64,000 nucleotides of DNA from Spirochaetia bacterium (GTDB taxonomy: Bacteria; Spirochaetota; Spirochaetia; SZUA-6; Bin103). Every line of letters starts with the position of its first letter. Position 1 is the first letter of the stretch. Position numbers and translations under genes: made by a program. Below are positions 19,729 through 31,362 of the stretch, piece after piece. The stretch lies in the NCBI GenBank assembly GCA_965203515.1, contig OZ241907.1, positions 480,001 through 544,000 on the forward strand. The letters run 5' to 3'. The notes below the pieces were generated by a model. That model was not told where the DNA came from. It saw nothing but the letters and a program-made list of their open reading frames with translations, and ran no database searches.

Positions 19729-21246
19729 CTACAGGAGCTCCTTCAGCCGCTCGTAGGCGGCGTTGTGGATCGCTTCGAGCTCCCTGACGCCGATGCGCTC
19801 CAATCGGCTCACGAAGTCGCCCCATTCGCTCATCGGCCGGCTGCCGCGGATGAAGCCGGCGGCCCCCTCCAGGGCGAAGGCGTCGGCGTCGGCCCTGATC
19901 TGCTTGATCCGGTCCAGCTCGTCCTGGGTGAAGGTGAGCACCGGCTCCGGCGACCGGACCGAGTCGTTGCCGATGTAGAAGTCGGCCACCTCGTCGGTGA
20001 ACACCTTCTCCGCGGCGCTGCCGGCCTTGGACGGGTTGAGCTCCCACAGGGAGTGGACGACGTTGTAGCGGAAGAAGTGGAAGCCCTGCTCCCACATCCA
20101 GGCGACCCGCTCGCCTTCCGGGAAGTGCTCGTAGTAGCCGTAGCCCAGATCGTCGAGCTCGCTGGTCACGCCGACCTCGCCGAAGTAGATGTAGTAGACG
20201 CCCTCGTCGCCGTAGAGCCAGTCGATGAGCCGCGCCGCGTGCTCGGCGACCTCGGTGCCGGCGCTCAGATGCCACAGGCTGTTGTCCAGCACGCGCGGAT
20301 TCTGGATCGTCGACCAGTAGCGCGTACCGTCGAACTCCGGCGCCAGGATCGGGATCCACCAGGTGTCGGGGTCCGCGCGGTCGGTCGCCTGCCAGGAGAT
20401 CTGGCTGTACGGACCGGTCGTGAAGTACGCCTTGTCCTGCGACATGATCTCACGCCACGGGTCCTCGGTCATGGACATGAAGTCGGGATGCATGAGCCCG
20501 TCCGCCCACGCCTGCCGCAGGATGTCGATCATGCCGCGGTAGTTCTCCTCCAGCTCGCCGTAGGTCCAACGGTCGGTCTGCGGATTGAGGTAGATGGAGT
20601 GGTTGGTGCCGAACATCACGTGGTAGCCGTCCCGAATCCCGCGGCGGGTGACCCATGGAAAGTTCTCCGGCCACTCCGCCTTGAACCGACCCAGCACGTT
20701 CAGCAGATCCTGCATGGTGCGGATGTCCGCGTGCGGGTCGACGCCCAGGTCGCGCACGCGCGGCGAGATCGACGGCGCCCGGCGCAGCTGGGTGAACTCG
20801 ACGACCGACGCGGTCGAATACTGGTGCCCGTCGGGGGCGGTCATGGCGCCGTCGTACTCCGGGTACCGGTCCCGCCATACCGCCAGGTTGGGCATCATGT
20901 CGAACAGCGTGTCGATCGGGTACAGCGCCCCCCGGACGCCGAAGTCCATCGCCTCCAGGCGGTTGAACCCGCCCCACATCGTGTCCGGCAGGTCGCCGCT
21001 CGCGACCAGGGTCTTGAGCTTTTGCGCGTCGCCGGTGACCAGCTCCAGGTCGGCGCCGGCGACCTCCGCGAACTTCCTGACGACGAAGGTCTCCGGCGAC
21101 CAGCTCGGATTGCGGTCCCAGTAGTTCGCGTAGATCTGCATGGTGGGCGGACCGGCCGAGGCGCCTTCCTCCTCACCGGCTCCGAAGACCGGCGTCGCGG
21201 CCAGGGCCAGGATCGCCGCGGCGGCGATCAGCGTAGATGTCTTCAT
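19729..21246 (-). CDS. Extracellular solute-binding protein (LplA-like carbohydrate ABC)
   Basis: Signal peptide, 'LVASGDLPD', 'TAPDGHQY', 'FIRGSRPMSEWGDFV'. GGAGG RBS. Confidence 0.85.
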   Translation of the reverse strand: MKTSTLIAAAAILALAATPVFGAGEEEGASAGPPTMQIYANYWDRNPSWSPETFVVRKFAEVAGADLELVTGDAQKLKTLVASGDLPDTMWGGFNRLEAMDFGVRGALYPIDTLFDMMPNLAVWRDRYPEYDGAMTAPDGHQYSTASVVEFTQLRRAPSISPRVRDLGVDPHADIRTMQDLLNVLGRFKAEWPENFPWVTRRGIRDGYHVMFGTNHSIYLNPQTDRWTYGELEENYRGMIDILRQAWADGLMHPDFMSMTEDPWREIMSQDKAYFTTGPYSQISWQATDRADPDTWWIPILAPEFDGTRYWSTIQNPRVLDNSLWHLSAGTEVAEHAARLIDWLYGDEGVYYIYFGEVGVTSELDDLGYGYYEHFPEGERVAWMWEQGFHFFRYNVVHSLWELNPSKAGSAAEKVFTDEVADFYIGNDSVRSPEPVLTFTQDELDRIKQIRADADAFALEGAAGFIRGSRPMSEWGDFVSRLERIGVRELEAIHNAAYERLKELL

Positions 21247-21328
21247 TGCGAGCCTCCCTGTGCGCTGCTGCGCGGGTGAATGAAACGCCGAGCCTCGGCG
21301 TTATCGGCGGCGGTGTCAACGATTCGGC

Positions 21329-22246
21329 TCAGTCCTTGACCGACCCGACCAGGATCCCCTTCACGAAGTACCTCTGCAGGAACGGGTAGACGGCGATGAT
21401 CGGCCAGACGGTGACCACCACCGCCGCGAACTTGAACGCCTTGAAGAAGCCGACCCCCACGTACCCCGGCACGCCCTGGTCCTCCCAGAGCTGCGCCATG
21501 CTGCCCTGGCTGTACCGGCCGATCTCGCCTTCCAGCAGGATGCGCCGCAGGATGAGGGTGAGCGGGTGCTTGTCGCGGTCGTGCAAGTAGATCAGCGGCA
21601 GGAAGAAGTTGTTCCAGCTCGCCACGGCCGTGAACAGGCCGATGGTGGCCATGATCGGCTTGATGAGCGGCAGCACGAGCGAGCAGTAGACCTGCAGGTG
21701 GTTGGCGCCGTCGATCAGCGCCGCCTCCTGCAGCTCGCGCGTTATGACCGTGCGGATGTTGGCGCGCATCACCAGGATGTACCAGGCGCCGAAGCTGGGC
21801 AGCAGCATGACGATCAGGCGGGTGTCGACCAGTCCGAGCCGGTTGACCAGCAGGAACGTCGGGATGAAGAACCCCGGCAGGAACATGGTCAACACGACGA
21901 ACAGGATCAGCGCCTTGCGGAACGGCAGGGTGCGCTGCTCCAGCACGTAGGCGGCCATGCTGGTGACGATCAGCGTGATCGCCACCGTGCCGGCCGCGTA
22001 GATGACGCTGTTGAGGTAGCTCCGCAGGATGTCGGTGGCGCCCAGCAGGACGTCGTACGCCGTGGTCTGCAGCGGGCCGACCGGCAGCAGCTTGACCTGA
22101 TTGAAGGTGATCGCCTCGAAGTCGCTCACCGACACGGCGATCACGAACACGAACGGATAGACCATGGAGGCCATCAGCACGACGATCGCCGCGTGGTTCG
22201 CGACGTCGAACGCCAGTGACCCCGGCGTCGCCTTGTACCGGATCAC
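21329..22246 (-). CDS. Carbohydrate ABC permease (LplC-like)
   Basis: 'ELQEAALIDGA', 'YPFLQRYFVKGILVGSVK'. Confidence 0.9.
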   Translation of the reverse strand: MIRYKATPGSLAFDVANHAAIVVLMASMVYPFVFVIAVSVSDFEAITFNQVKLLPVGPLQTTAYDVLLGATDILRSYLNSVIYAAGTVAITLIVTSMAAYVLEQRTLPFRKALILFVVLTMFLPGFFIPTFLLVNRLGLVDTRLIVMLLPSFGAWYILVMRANIRTVITRELQEAALIDGANHLQVYCSLVLPLIKPIMATIGLFTAVASWNNFFLPLIYLHDRDKHPLTLILRRILLEGEIGRYSQGSMAQLWEDQGVPGYVGVGFFKAFKFAAVVVTVWPIIAVYPFLQRYFVKGILVGSVKD

Positions 22247-22283
22247 CCGGATCCCCGGAACGAGGCCGGCGCCGCCGGCGCCG

Positions 22284-23264
22284 TCACCACAGGCTGTGCT
22301 CGCTTGCCAGGCGGCTCAGGTAGTTGGCGCCCAGCACCAGCAGCAGCCCCACGACCGAGTTGAACAGGCCGACGGCCGCCGCGAACGAGTAGTCCAGGCC
22401 GATGATGCCGCGCCGGTAGATGTAGGTCGCGAACACGTCGGCGGTGCTCATGATCGCCGGGTTCTGCATCAGGAACGCCTTGTCGAAGCCGACCTCGACG
22501 ATGTTCTGCATGCCCAGGATCAGCAGGATCGTGATCGTGGGGGCGATGCCCGGCAGCGTCACGTGCCAGGCGCGGCGGACCCGGTTGGCCCCGTCCAGCC
22601 AGGCGGCCTCGTACAGCTCCGGATTGACCCCGCCGAGCGCCGCCAGGTAGAGGATCGATCCCCAGCCGACCCCCTGCCAGACGCCGGAGCCGACGTACAG
22701 CGGCCGGAACCAGCGCGGGTCGCCCAGAAAGTCGATGGGACCCAGGGAGAGGAGGGCCAGGAAGTCGTTGACGTACCCGTCGTAGGAGAACCAGGCGTAC
22801 ATCAGGCCGACCACCACGACCACGGAGATGAAGTGCGGCAGGTAGGTGACGGTCTGCGCGAACCGCTTGAACGGCTGGCTCCGTATCTCGTTGAGCGACA
22901 GCGCCAGCAGGATCGGCATCGGGAAGCCGATCACCAGCCCCAGAAAGCCGAGCATGAAGGTGTTCCCGAGCAGACGCGGAAAGAACGCGCCGGTGAGGAA
23001 GGAGGTGAACCACTTCAGCCCGACCCAGTCCGACCCGAAGAAGCCGTCGACGATGCTGTAGCGGGTGAACGGGATGGTCACCGCGCCGATCGCCGGGACG
23101 TACTTGAAGATCAGGAAGCCCAGCACCGCCGGCGCGATCATGGCGTACAGCAGCGCGTGGCGGCGCACCCGCGTGCGGAGCCTTCGGCGGCGGCCGGCGG
23201 CATGCGCGGGAGCGGCCAGGGCCGTCGATGGCGCCGCGCTGGCAAGCTGACTCCGCCGGCTCAT
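22284..23264 (-). CDS. Carbohydrate ABC permease (LplB-like)
   Basis: 'WVGLKWF', 'YLPHFIS', 'ELYEAAWLDGA'. Start approximate. Confidence 0.9.
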   Translation of the reverse strand: MSRRSQLASAAPSTALAAPAHAAGRRRRLRTRVRRHALLYAMIAPAVLGFLIFKYVPAIGAVTIPFTRYSIVDGFFGSDWVGLKWFTSFLTGAFFPRLLGNTFMLGFLGLVIGFPMPILLALSLNEIRSQPFKRFAQTVTYLPHFISVVVVVGLMYAWFSYDGYVNDFLALLSLGPIDFLGDPRWFRPLYVGSGVWQGVGWGSILYLAALGGVNPELYEAAWLDGANRVRRAWHVTLPGIAPTITILLILGMQNIVEVGFDKAFLMQNPAIMSTADVFATYIYRRGIIGLDYSFAAAVGLFNSVVGLLLVLGANYLSRLASEHSLW

Positions 23265-23530
23265 GTTTTGGTCGTACCCCGCCGAGACGCTGTTCATAGC
23301 ACAGGTTCGCGGGCCGATCAAACCGGCCGCCGGCCGGCCGCGCCGCCGCAACCCCGGGTCGCTGCCGGCCGCTCGCCGGAACGGCCGCGCACGGGACGGC
23401 GCGCCCTGGAACCGCACCGCCGAACCGTGCTATACCGCCGCCACTCCCGCAGGAGCAGTGACCTGAGGCCGCGCCTCGGCGGCCCGGGCGGCGGCCCGGC
23501 GCCATGCGGGATGACGATCGACCGGAGCCG

Positions 23531-24264
23531 ATGCAAGAGAGAGGACCGATGCGGGCGGGCAGCGCGGAGATCGAACGTCTGAACGCCGTCGCCGCCGGCG
23601 GTCCCCAGGCGCTGCTGCGCGCTCTGGTGGATCGCCACGGCCGCGCGGTGAAGCTGGCGTCGTCGCTGGGCGCGGAGGATCAGGCGCTCAGCCACATGCT
23701 GCTGGCCATCGACCCGCAGGCGGTGATCTTCGTGCTCGACACCGGACGCCTGCACCAGGAGACCTACGACCTGATGGCGCGCATGATGAGCCGGTACCGA
23801 ATGCGCTACGAAGTGCTGTTTCCGGCCGCCGAGGCGGTGCAGGAGATGGTGCGCGACGCCGGTCCCAACCTCTTCTACGCCAGCGTCGAGGCCCGGCAGC
23901 GCTGCTGCTCGGTCCGCAAGGTGGAACCGCTGCGCCGCGCGCTGCGGAGCGCAACGGCGTGGATCACCGGGCTGCGGCGCGAGCAGAGCCCGGCGCGCGC
24001 GCGCACGCCGTTCGTGGAATGGGACGCCGCGCACGGCGCGATCAAGGCCAATCCGCTGGCGGACTGGACGCAGGATCGGGTGTGGGACTACCTGCGCGCC
24101 CATCGCGTGCCGTGCAACGCCCTGCACGACCGCGGCTTCGCCAGCATCGGCTGCGCCCCCTGCACGCGGGCGGTCGAACCGGGAGAGGACCCGCGCGCCG
24201 GCCGCTGGTGGTGGGAGCGGGACGCGGTCAAGGAGTGCGGGCTGCATCCGCCGGCGGGCGGCCC

Positions 24265-24268
<4 letters not shown>
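23531..24268 (+). CDS. cysH: APS/PAPS reductase; Fe-S APS-reductase type
   Basis: '[11 protein letters not shown]', '[10 protein letters not shown]', '[10 protein letters not shown]', 'SIGCAPC', 'RAGRWWWE…KECGLH'. Confidence 0.93.
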
Positions 24269-25145
<877 letters not shown>

Positions 25146-25146
<1 letters not shown>

Positions 25147-26951
25147 TGGGCGGCCCCCAGGCCGCCATGAACGTCGTCATCGTCGGCCACGTCGACCACG
25201 GCAAGAGCACGGTGGTGGGGCGCCTGCTGCACGACACCGGCGTCCTTCCGCACGGCCGGATCGAGCAGGTGCGGCGCAACTGCGAGCGTGCCGGCAAGCC
25301 GTTCGAGTACGCGTTTCTGATCGACGCGCTCCGCGACGAACAGGCGCAGGGCATCACGATCGACGCCGCGCGGGTCTTCTTCCGCTCGCCGCGGCGGCAC
25401 TACATCATCATCGACGCGCCCGGGCACCTGGAGTTCCTCAAGAACATGATCTCCGGAGCCGCCCGCGCCGAGGCCGCCATCCTGGTGATCGACGCCCGCG
25501 AAGGGGTGCGCGAGAACTCGCGCCGGCACGGGTTCATGGCCGCCATGCTCGGCATCCGGCAGATCGTCGTGGCGGTCAACAAGATGGACCTGGTCGACTT
25601 CGACGAGGAGGTCTTCACCGCCATTCGCGAGGAGTACGCGGCGTTTCTGGCGGAGGTGCAGGTCGCGCCGGTCGCCTTCATCCCGGTGAGCGGGCGCTTC
25701 GGCGACAACTTGGTGACCGCCTCGCCGCGCACCCCGTGGTACGGCGGCCGGCCCTTGCTCGAGCGGATCGACGCCCTGGACAGCGCCGGCCCCGAGACCG
25801 GGCACGCGCTGCGGCTGCCGGTGCAGGACGTCTACAAGTTTCCGGTGCGCGGCGACGACGCGCGCATCATCGCCGGCACCATCACCGCGGGGCGGGTGGC
25901 GGTCGGCGACGAGGTGGAGTTTCTCCCGTCGCGCAAACGGTCGCGCGTGCGCAGCATCGAGGGGTTCAACGTTCCGCCGGCGCGCGAGGCGGCGGCCGGC
26001 TCCGCCACCGGCATCACCCTGACCGAGGAGCTGTACGTGCGGCCGGGGGAGATGATGTATCGGGTGGGCGAGGCGATGCCCCGGGTCGGCACCACCTTTC
26101 GCGCCAACCTGTTCTGGCTCGACCGCAACCCGCTGGTGCGCGGCCGTCGCTATCTGCTCAAGCTGGCCACCACGCGGGTGACCGTGCACGTGAAGGAGAT
26201 CGTGCAGGTGCTCGACGCGGACACCCTGGAGCGCACCGGGGCCAAGCAGCACGTCGGCCGCCACGAGGTCGCGGAATGCGTGCTGGAGACCCACAAGCCG
26301 ATCGCCTTCGATCTGGGCCTGGATGCCGAGCTGGTCGCGACCGGCCGGTTCGTGCTGGTCGATCAGTACGAGATCGCCGGCGGCGGCATCATCACCCGGT
26401 TCGTGTCGGACCTGAGCGAGTCGCTGCGCGAGCACGTCAGGCGCCGCTATTACGCCTGGGTCGACGGCGCCGTCACCGGCGGCGAGCGGGCCAGGCGCGC
26501 CGGCCAGCGCCCGTGTCTGATCGTGCTCACCGGCTCCATCCACCCGTTGCTGGTGAGGGTCGCCCGGGACGTGGAGCGTGAGCTGTTCGAGGGCGGGGTC
26601 AACGTCTATTACTTCGGGCTCTCCAATCTCGCCGGCGGACTCGACGCCGACATCGCGCGCGAGCACCAGTCGTCCAGCGGCGAGACGCGCGACGAGAACA
26701 TCCGCCATCTCGGCGAGATCGCTCACTTTCTGACCGATTCGGGACAGATCGTGCTCACCACGGTGGCCGACATCGACGGCTATGAAGCGGAGACGCTGCG
26801 GATACTCAATCAGCCGAACGAGATGCTGGTGATCAGCGTGGGCGCCGACCGACACGGCGTGCATGCCGATCTGGCGCTGCCGCCGGACCTGTCGCCGGAG
26901 GAATCGGCGGCGGCGGTCTGCCGCCGGCTGCGCGCGCACGACCAGCGGTGA
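25146..26951 (+). CDS. cysN: Sulfate adenylyltransferase subunit 1 (GTPase) with C-terminal degenerate APS-kinase-like domain
   Basis: 'GHVDHGKST', 'QGITID', 'DAPGH', 'NKMD', 'RLPVQDVYKF'. The C-terminal CysC-like domain ('ENIRHLGEIA') lacks a P-loop. Confidence 0.92.
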
Positions 26952-26959
26952 GGCAGGAG

Positions 26960-28225
26960 CTACGGCGGGTCGCCGGCCAGCTTGAAGAGCGCGAAGTTCC
27001 CCCAGCCCGGGCCGTGCTGGTCGGAGTCGGCGAACACCGCGAAGCCGCCGCCGCGCGCCGGCAGCACGAACTCGGCGGCGTTGTTGGCGTGCGGTGATCC
27101 GTAGCTCGCCTGCCACCGTACCGCCCCGGCCTCGGTCACCCGCACCACGTAGGCCCGCCAGGTGTTGAGCGGATCGTCGGGCCGCGCCTCGTTGCCGGGC
27201 TCGACGCCGCTGCCGCAGGCGGTGATGAAGCCGCCGCCCGGCGCCGACCGCACGCCGTAGCACTCCTCGAACATCCGCTCCGGCGCGCCGCCGTTCGGCT
27301 GGCCGAACGACACGTTCCAGAGTTCGCGGCCCGTCGCGTCGACGCGCACCAGCCAGCCGTCCCAGCAGCCGCCGGGGCAGGCCGCCCGATGCCCGGCGAG
27401 GATGAAGCCGCCGGCCGGCGCGGCATCGAAGTCGAAGGGGTGCGACGTACCGGTGCCGTAGGAGATCGGCGCGGCCATGGCCCCGTCGGGATCGCTGAAG
27501 CCGAGGCAGAACGCCGTCTGCCCGGCGCGCCCGCGGCAGGCGCCGAACACGGCGTAGCCGGGCGCGTCGGTGCGCGGCAACACCCGGAACGGCTGGAAGA
27601 ACCCGGCGGGGGCGGCGCGCTCCCAGATCGCGTTCAGGTCGGCGTCCAGCTTCATGATGAACCCGCGCCCGGTGTCGACCAGGAACGTGGCCAGCTCGTC
27701 CTGCGCGGCGCCGCGGTAGCCGACCGCGACGATGGTGCCGTCCGGGTTCAGCGTGATGCCCTCGATGGCGCCGCGCCCGGCGGCGGGGTAGGTGCGCCGC
27801 GCCGCGACCTCGCCGTCGGGGCCGAGCCGCAGCAGCACGCGTTCCTCCCGCACGGCGCCGGTCCCGGCCTCCCGGGAGCCGGCGTCCCAGGAGCCGGCGA
27901 CCAGCAAGCTGCCGCCCGCTTCCTGCAGCACGAAGTTGCCGAGGTTGAAGCGCCCCGCTCCGTAGGACCGCGCGAACCGGAGGGCGCCGCGCTCGTCGGT
28001 GCGCACCACGAAGATGCGGGTGCCTGCGTCGCCGGAGGATTCCCCGACGATCACGTAGCCGCCGTCGGCGGTCTGCGCCGCAGCGTGCGGATGCTCCTCG
28101 GTCTCCGCCCCGCCGTAGCCGCGCACCCACTCCACCTGCGGCCCGCCGCCGGGGGAGGCGGCGCCCTGGCCGGCCGTCAGCAGCGCCGCCAGGGCGAGCG
28201 CGGCCCGGCGCGCGGCGTTACCCAT
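26960..28225 (-). CDS. Secreted beta-propeller-repeat hypothetical protein
   Basis: Signal peptide and repeats 'W…YGG', 'QTADGGYVIVG', 'DATGRELW', 'GGGFITA'. Confidence 0.7.
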   Translation of the reverse strand: MGNAARRAALALAALLTAGQGAASPGGGPQVEWVRGYGGAETEEHPHAAAQTADGGYVIVGESSGDAGTRIFVVRTDERGALRFARSYGAGRFNLGNFVLQEAGGSLLVAGSWDAGSREAGTGAVREERVLLRLGPDGEVAARRTYPAAGRGAIEGITLNPDGTIVAVGYRGAAQDELATFLVDTGRGFIMKLDADLNAIWERAAPAGFFQPFRVLPRTDAPGYAVFGACRGRAGQTAFCLGFSDPDGAMAAPISYGTGTSHPFDFDAAPAGGFILAGHRAACPGGCWDGWLVRVDATGRELWNVSFGQPNGGAPERMFEECYGVRSAPGGGFITACGSGVEPGNEARPDDPLNTWRAYVVRVTEAGAVRWQASYGSPHANNAAEFVLPARGGGFAVFADSDQHGPGWGNFALFKLAGDPP

Positions 28226-28245
28226 CGACCGGTTTGCAGGGCACG

Positions 28246-29262
28246 TCAGTCGCCGATCACGGAGCGGAAGAGCCGGAGCAGGTTGCCGCCCAGGATCATG
28301 CGGATATCCTCGTCGCGGAAGCCGCGCCGGCAGAGCTCGCGAGTGACGTTGATCAGCCGGTCGTAGCTGCCGAGTTCCTCCGGGATGCCGAGATAGCCGC
28401 TCGCCGGCAGGCCGTGGGCGCGGCGAAAGTCGTCGCTGAGATCGAGGTAGTCGCAGCCGAGCGCGACCCGGTCGACGCCGACCGCGCCGACCAGATACTC
28501 GACGTGGGTGACCAGATCGGCGGCCGTCGCGATGCGGGTGGGATGCAGGTAGTGACTGAAGAAATGGAGGCCGATCACCCCGCCGGTCGCGGCGATCGCC
28601 CGGAGCTGATCGTCGTCCAGGTCGCCCGCGCCCGGAATCGCCCCGCGCGGAGCCCCGTGCAGAAATGCGACCGGCCGGGAGCTGAGCTCGGTCACCTGAA
28701 AGAACGTCTTCCTGCTGCAGTGTCCCGGGTCGATCAGGACGCCGATGCGGTTCATCTCCCGCACCGCTTCCCGGCCGAAGTCGGTGAGCCCTTCGCACGC
28801 GGGAGGGTCGCGCCGGTCGCAGATGTCGTTGCCGCCGGCCCAGGTGAGCTGCATCACGCGCAGTCCCAGTCCGTGGGCTTCGTGCAGCAGCCCCAGGTCC
28901 CGTTCGATCGGCTTGCCCCCCTCGAAGCCCAACAGCACGGCCGACCGCCCCGTTTCGTGGGCGCGGGCGATATCGCCGGCGCTCCGGGCCAGCAGCAGCG
29001 CTTCCGGGTGGGCGTCGACGATCGCCCGGATACGCTTCATCTCCTGCCACGCCGGCTCGGTGAAGCCGGTGTACTCGTGCAGGGACCGTTCCCGGTCCTC
29101 CGCATCCGCCCAGATCCGAGCGTCCACGGAGGCCAGGGTCACCTTGCCGGCCAGGCCGGCGCGGTGCATGGCGAGCAGATGCCGCTCGTCGCAGTAATGG
29201 TCGTGACCGACGAACACCGGCGAGGACCGGTGCAGCGCTTCCGCTTGCGCCGTCAGGCTCAT
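28246..29262 (-). CDS. Membrane dipeptidase (peptidase M19)
   Basis: 'LGFEGG', 'MQLTW', 'GLTDFGREAVREMNRIGVLID', 'GGVIG', 'VALGCDY', 'ILGGNLLR'. Confidence 0.88.
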   Translation of the reverse strand: MSLTAQAEALHRSSPVFVGHDHYCDERHLLAMHRAGLAGKVTLASVDARIWADAEDRERSLHEYTGFTEPAWQEMKRIRAIVDAHPEALLLARSAGDIARAHETGRSAVLLGFEGGKPIERDLGLLHEAHGLGLRVMQLTWAGGNDICDRRDPPACEGLTDFGREAVREMNRIGVLIDPGHCSRKTFFQVTELSSRPVAFLHGAPRGAIPGAGDLDDDQLRAIAATGGVIGLHFFSHYLHPTRIATAADLVTHVEYLVGAVGVDRVALGCDYLDLSDDFRRAHGLPASGYLGIPEELGSYDRLINVTRELCRRGFRDEDIRMILGGNLLRLFRSVIGD

Positions 29263-30224
29263 CGCCGCGGGATCAGCCCCGGCGGGCGGCCCTTCACGAA
29301 GTCGACGGCGTTGCCGCCGAGGATGCGGCCGGCCGTCTCGCGGCTGAACCGGCCGTGCGCCCGCACGGCGGCGATCCGCGCGGCCATCTCCTCGCCCTGC
29401 GCGAAGTGGGGCCAGTCGGTGCCGAACATGACCCGATCCGGGCCGGCCGCCTCGACCAGAGCCTCCAGCGCCGGGGAGCGGGGTTCCAGCGCTCCCAGGT
29501 CCGCGTAGACGTGCGGGTACTCGCGGATCAGGGCGCCGGCTTCGGCCGCGTGCTCGGGCGTGAAGGTGCGCGCGCCGGCGTGCGCGAGCTGGAAGTTGAT
29601 CGACGGAAAGGCATCGAACGTCCGGCGCAGATGGCCGGCGTAGTCCTCCCAGTCGCGCACGCGGGCCGTCACCTCCCGGTGTCCCGGCGGTATCGTCTCC
29701 GGCGGGGCGGGATCGTCCTTCCCCAGGTACCAGTAGGAGGTATCGATGATGACCGGCGCCTCGTGCTCGGCCGCCAGGGCGATGATCCGCCGGCAGCGAG
29801 GATCGTCCGGCAGCTCGCCCCAGAAGGAGGTGACCAGCTTGAGTCCGGCCGCGCCGGCCTCCAGATTCCCGCGCGCCCGCGCCATGTGGTCCGGCACCGC
29901 CGGTCCCAGATGGCAGGGAAACCAGTAGAACCGCTCTCCGCAACGCCGCATGACGTCGAGCGGGTACGTGACGTTCATCGTCTCCCGTACCGTCTCCGGA
30001 TCGATCCCCTTGTTCGACAGGTCCGCGGGGATGTCCTCCGGACTCCAACTGATGTAGAACGCGTGATCGATGCCCGATGCGTCCATCAGAGCGATGAAGT
30101 CCTCGGCGCTGGTCGGGTTGGTGACGCCGTCGCTCCGCCGGACGCTGTAGCGCTGCGGCCGGCCGGCCGAGTCGAACGGCTGGATGAGATGGATGTGGGC
30201 GTCGATGACGGGCGGCATGGGCAT
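29259..30224 (-). CDS. Amidohydrolase family protein (Amidohydro_2)
   Basis: 'IDAHIH', 'LAHAG', 'VMFGTDWPH', 'ILGGNA'. Confidence 0.88.
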   Translation of the reverse strand: MPMPPVIDAHIHLIQPFDSAGRPQRYSVRRSDGVTNPTSAEDFIALMDASGIDHAFYISWSPEDIPADLSNKGIDPETVRETMNVTYPLDVMRRCGERFYWFPCHLGPAVPDHMARARGNLEAGAAGLKLVTSFWGELPDDPRCRRIIALAAEHEAPVIIDTSYWYLGKDDPAPPETIPPGHREVTARVRDWEDYAGHLRRTFDAFPSINFQLAHAGARTFTPEHAAEAGALIREYPHVYADLGALEPRSPALEALVEAAGPDRVMFGTDWPHFAQGEEMAARIAAVRAHGRFSRETAGRILGGNAVDFVKGRPPGLIPRR

Positions 30225-30396
30225 GGCGCCCGGAGCTTACCCGATCGGCGTATGGGCGTACAGCTTCGCCGCCGAGGCGAACTTCCGCAGCCGCCCCGCC
30301 CGCCCGCGCGTTTGCCGCGCCCCCGCGCGTTGTCGCGCCCGGCGCCCGCCGGGTATCATGGCGGCCCGACGGGTCGTCCCGACCAGGAGGCAGGTC

Positions 30397-31362
30397 ATGG
30401 CAGGCACTTTCGCGGCGGCGCGGACGCGCGCTACGAGGCTGCGGGAGTCGTCCGTATACCGGCGCATCTATCGCGATCGCTACTACCTGGCGCTGCTCCT
30501 GCCCGGCATCGCCTATTTCGTCATCTTCCACTACCTCCCGATCTACGGGCTGCAGATCGCCTTCAAGGACTTCTCCCCCCGCGCGGGCATCGCCGACAGC
30601 CCCTGGGCCGATCGGTTCGGGATGGCCCACTTCATCCGCTTCTTTTCGGTCTACAACGTCGGCCGGCTGATCGCGAATACCTTTCTGCTCAACCTCTATT
30701 CGGTGCTATTCGCGTTTCCGGTGCCGATCGCGCTGGCGATCATGCTGACCGAGACGCCGAGCTCGTCGTTCCGGCGCAGCGTCCAGACGGTCACCTATCT
30801 TCCGCACTTCATCTCGATCGTGGCGGTCATCGGCATCATGCGGATGATGCTGTCGCCGGGCTCCGGCAGCGTCAACCGGCTGCTCGGGCTGCTCGGCGTC
30901 GACCCGATCTACTTCATGATCGAACCGGGCTGGTTCCGGCCGCTGTACGTGATCTCCGGGGTCTGGCAGGACGCCGGGTTCGGGGCGATCGTCTACCTGG
31001 CCGCGCTCGCATCGATCAATCCCGAGCTGTACGAGGCGGCGCTGATCGACGGCGCGGGCCGCCTCCAGCGCATCCGGCACGTCTCCATACCCGGCATCGT
31101 GCCGGTGGCGGCCATCCTGTTCATCTTCAACATGGGCCGCCTGCTGACCACCGGCTTCGAGAAGGCGCTGCTCATGCAGCACGGCACCAACCTGGTGGTC
31201 TCCGACGTCATCGGCACCTTCATCTATCGCGTCGGCCTGCAGGAGGCGCTCGATTTCGAACTCGCCACCGCGGTCGGCCTGTTCAATACGCTCGTCAACT
31301 TCACCCTGCTGGTCGCCGCCAACGCGGTGGTCCGGCGCGTCGCGGGGACCGGCCTGTGGTAG
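30397..31362 (+). CDS. Carbohydrate ABC permease (LplB-like)
   Basis: AGGAGG RBS, 'YLPHFIS', 'ELYEAALIDGA'. Confidence 0.9.
   Translation: MAGTFAAARTRATRLRESSVYRRIYRDRYYLALLLPGIAYFVIFHYLPIYGLQIAFKDFSPRAGIADSPWADRFGMAHFIRFFSVYNVGRLIANTFLLNLYSVLFAFPVPIALAIMLTETPSSSFRRSVQTVTYLPHFISIVAVIGIMRMMLSPGSGSVNRLLGLLGVDPIYFMIEPGWFRPLYVISGVWQDAGFGAIVYLAALASINPELYEAALIDGAGRLQRIRHVSIPGIVPVAAILFIFNMGRLLTTGFEKALLMQHGTNLVVSDVIGTFIYRVGLQEALDFELATAVGLFNTLVNFTLLVAANAVVRRVAGTGLW

Noticed and set aside
17458..21279. Very long ORFs antisense to real genes (e.g. 17458-21279 +, 24981-28130 -, 32236-35232 -, 39951-43265 -, 168-1919 +)
   Set aside because: Shadow frames of high-GC coding DNA: Arg/Ala/Gly-rich, no motifs, and fully overlapping recognisable genes.
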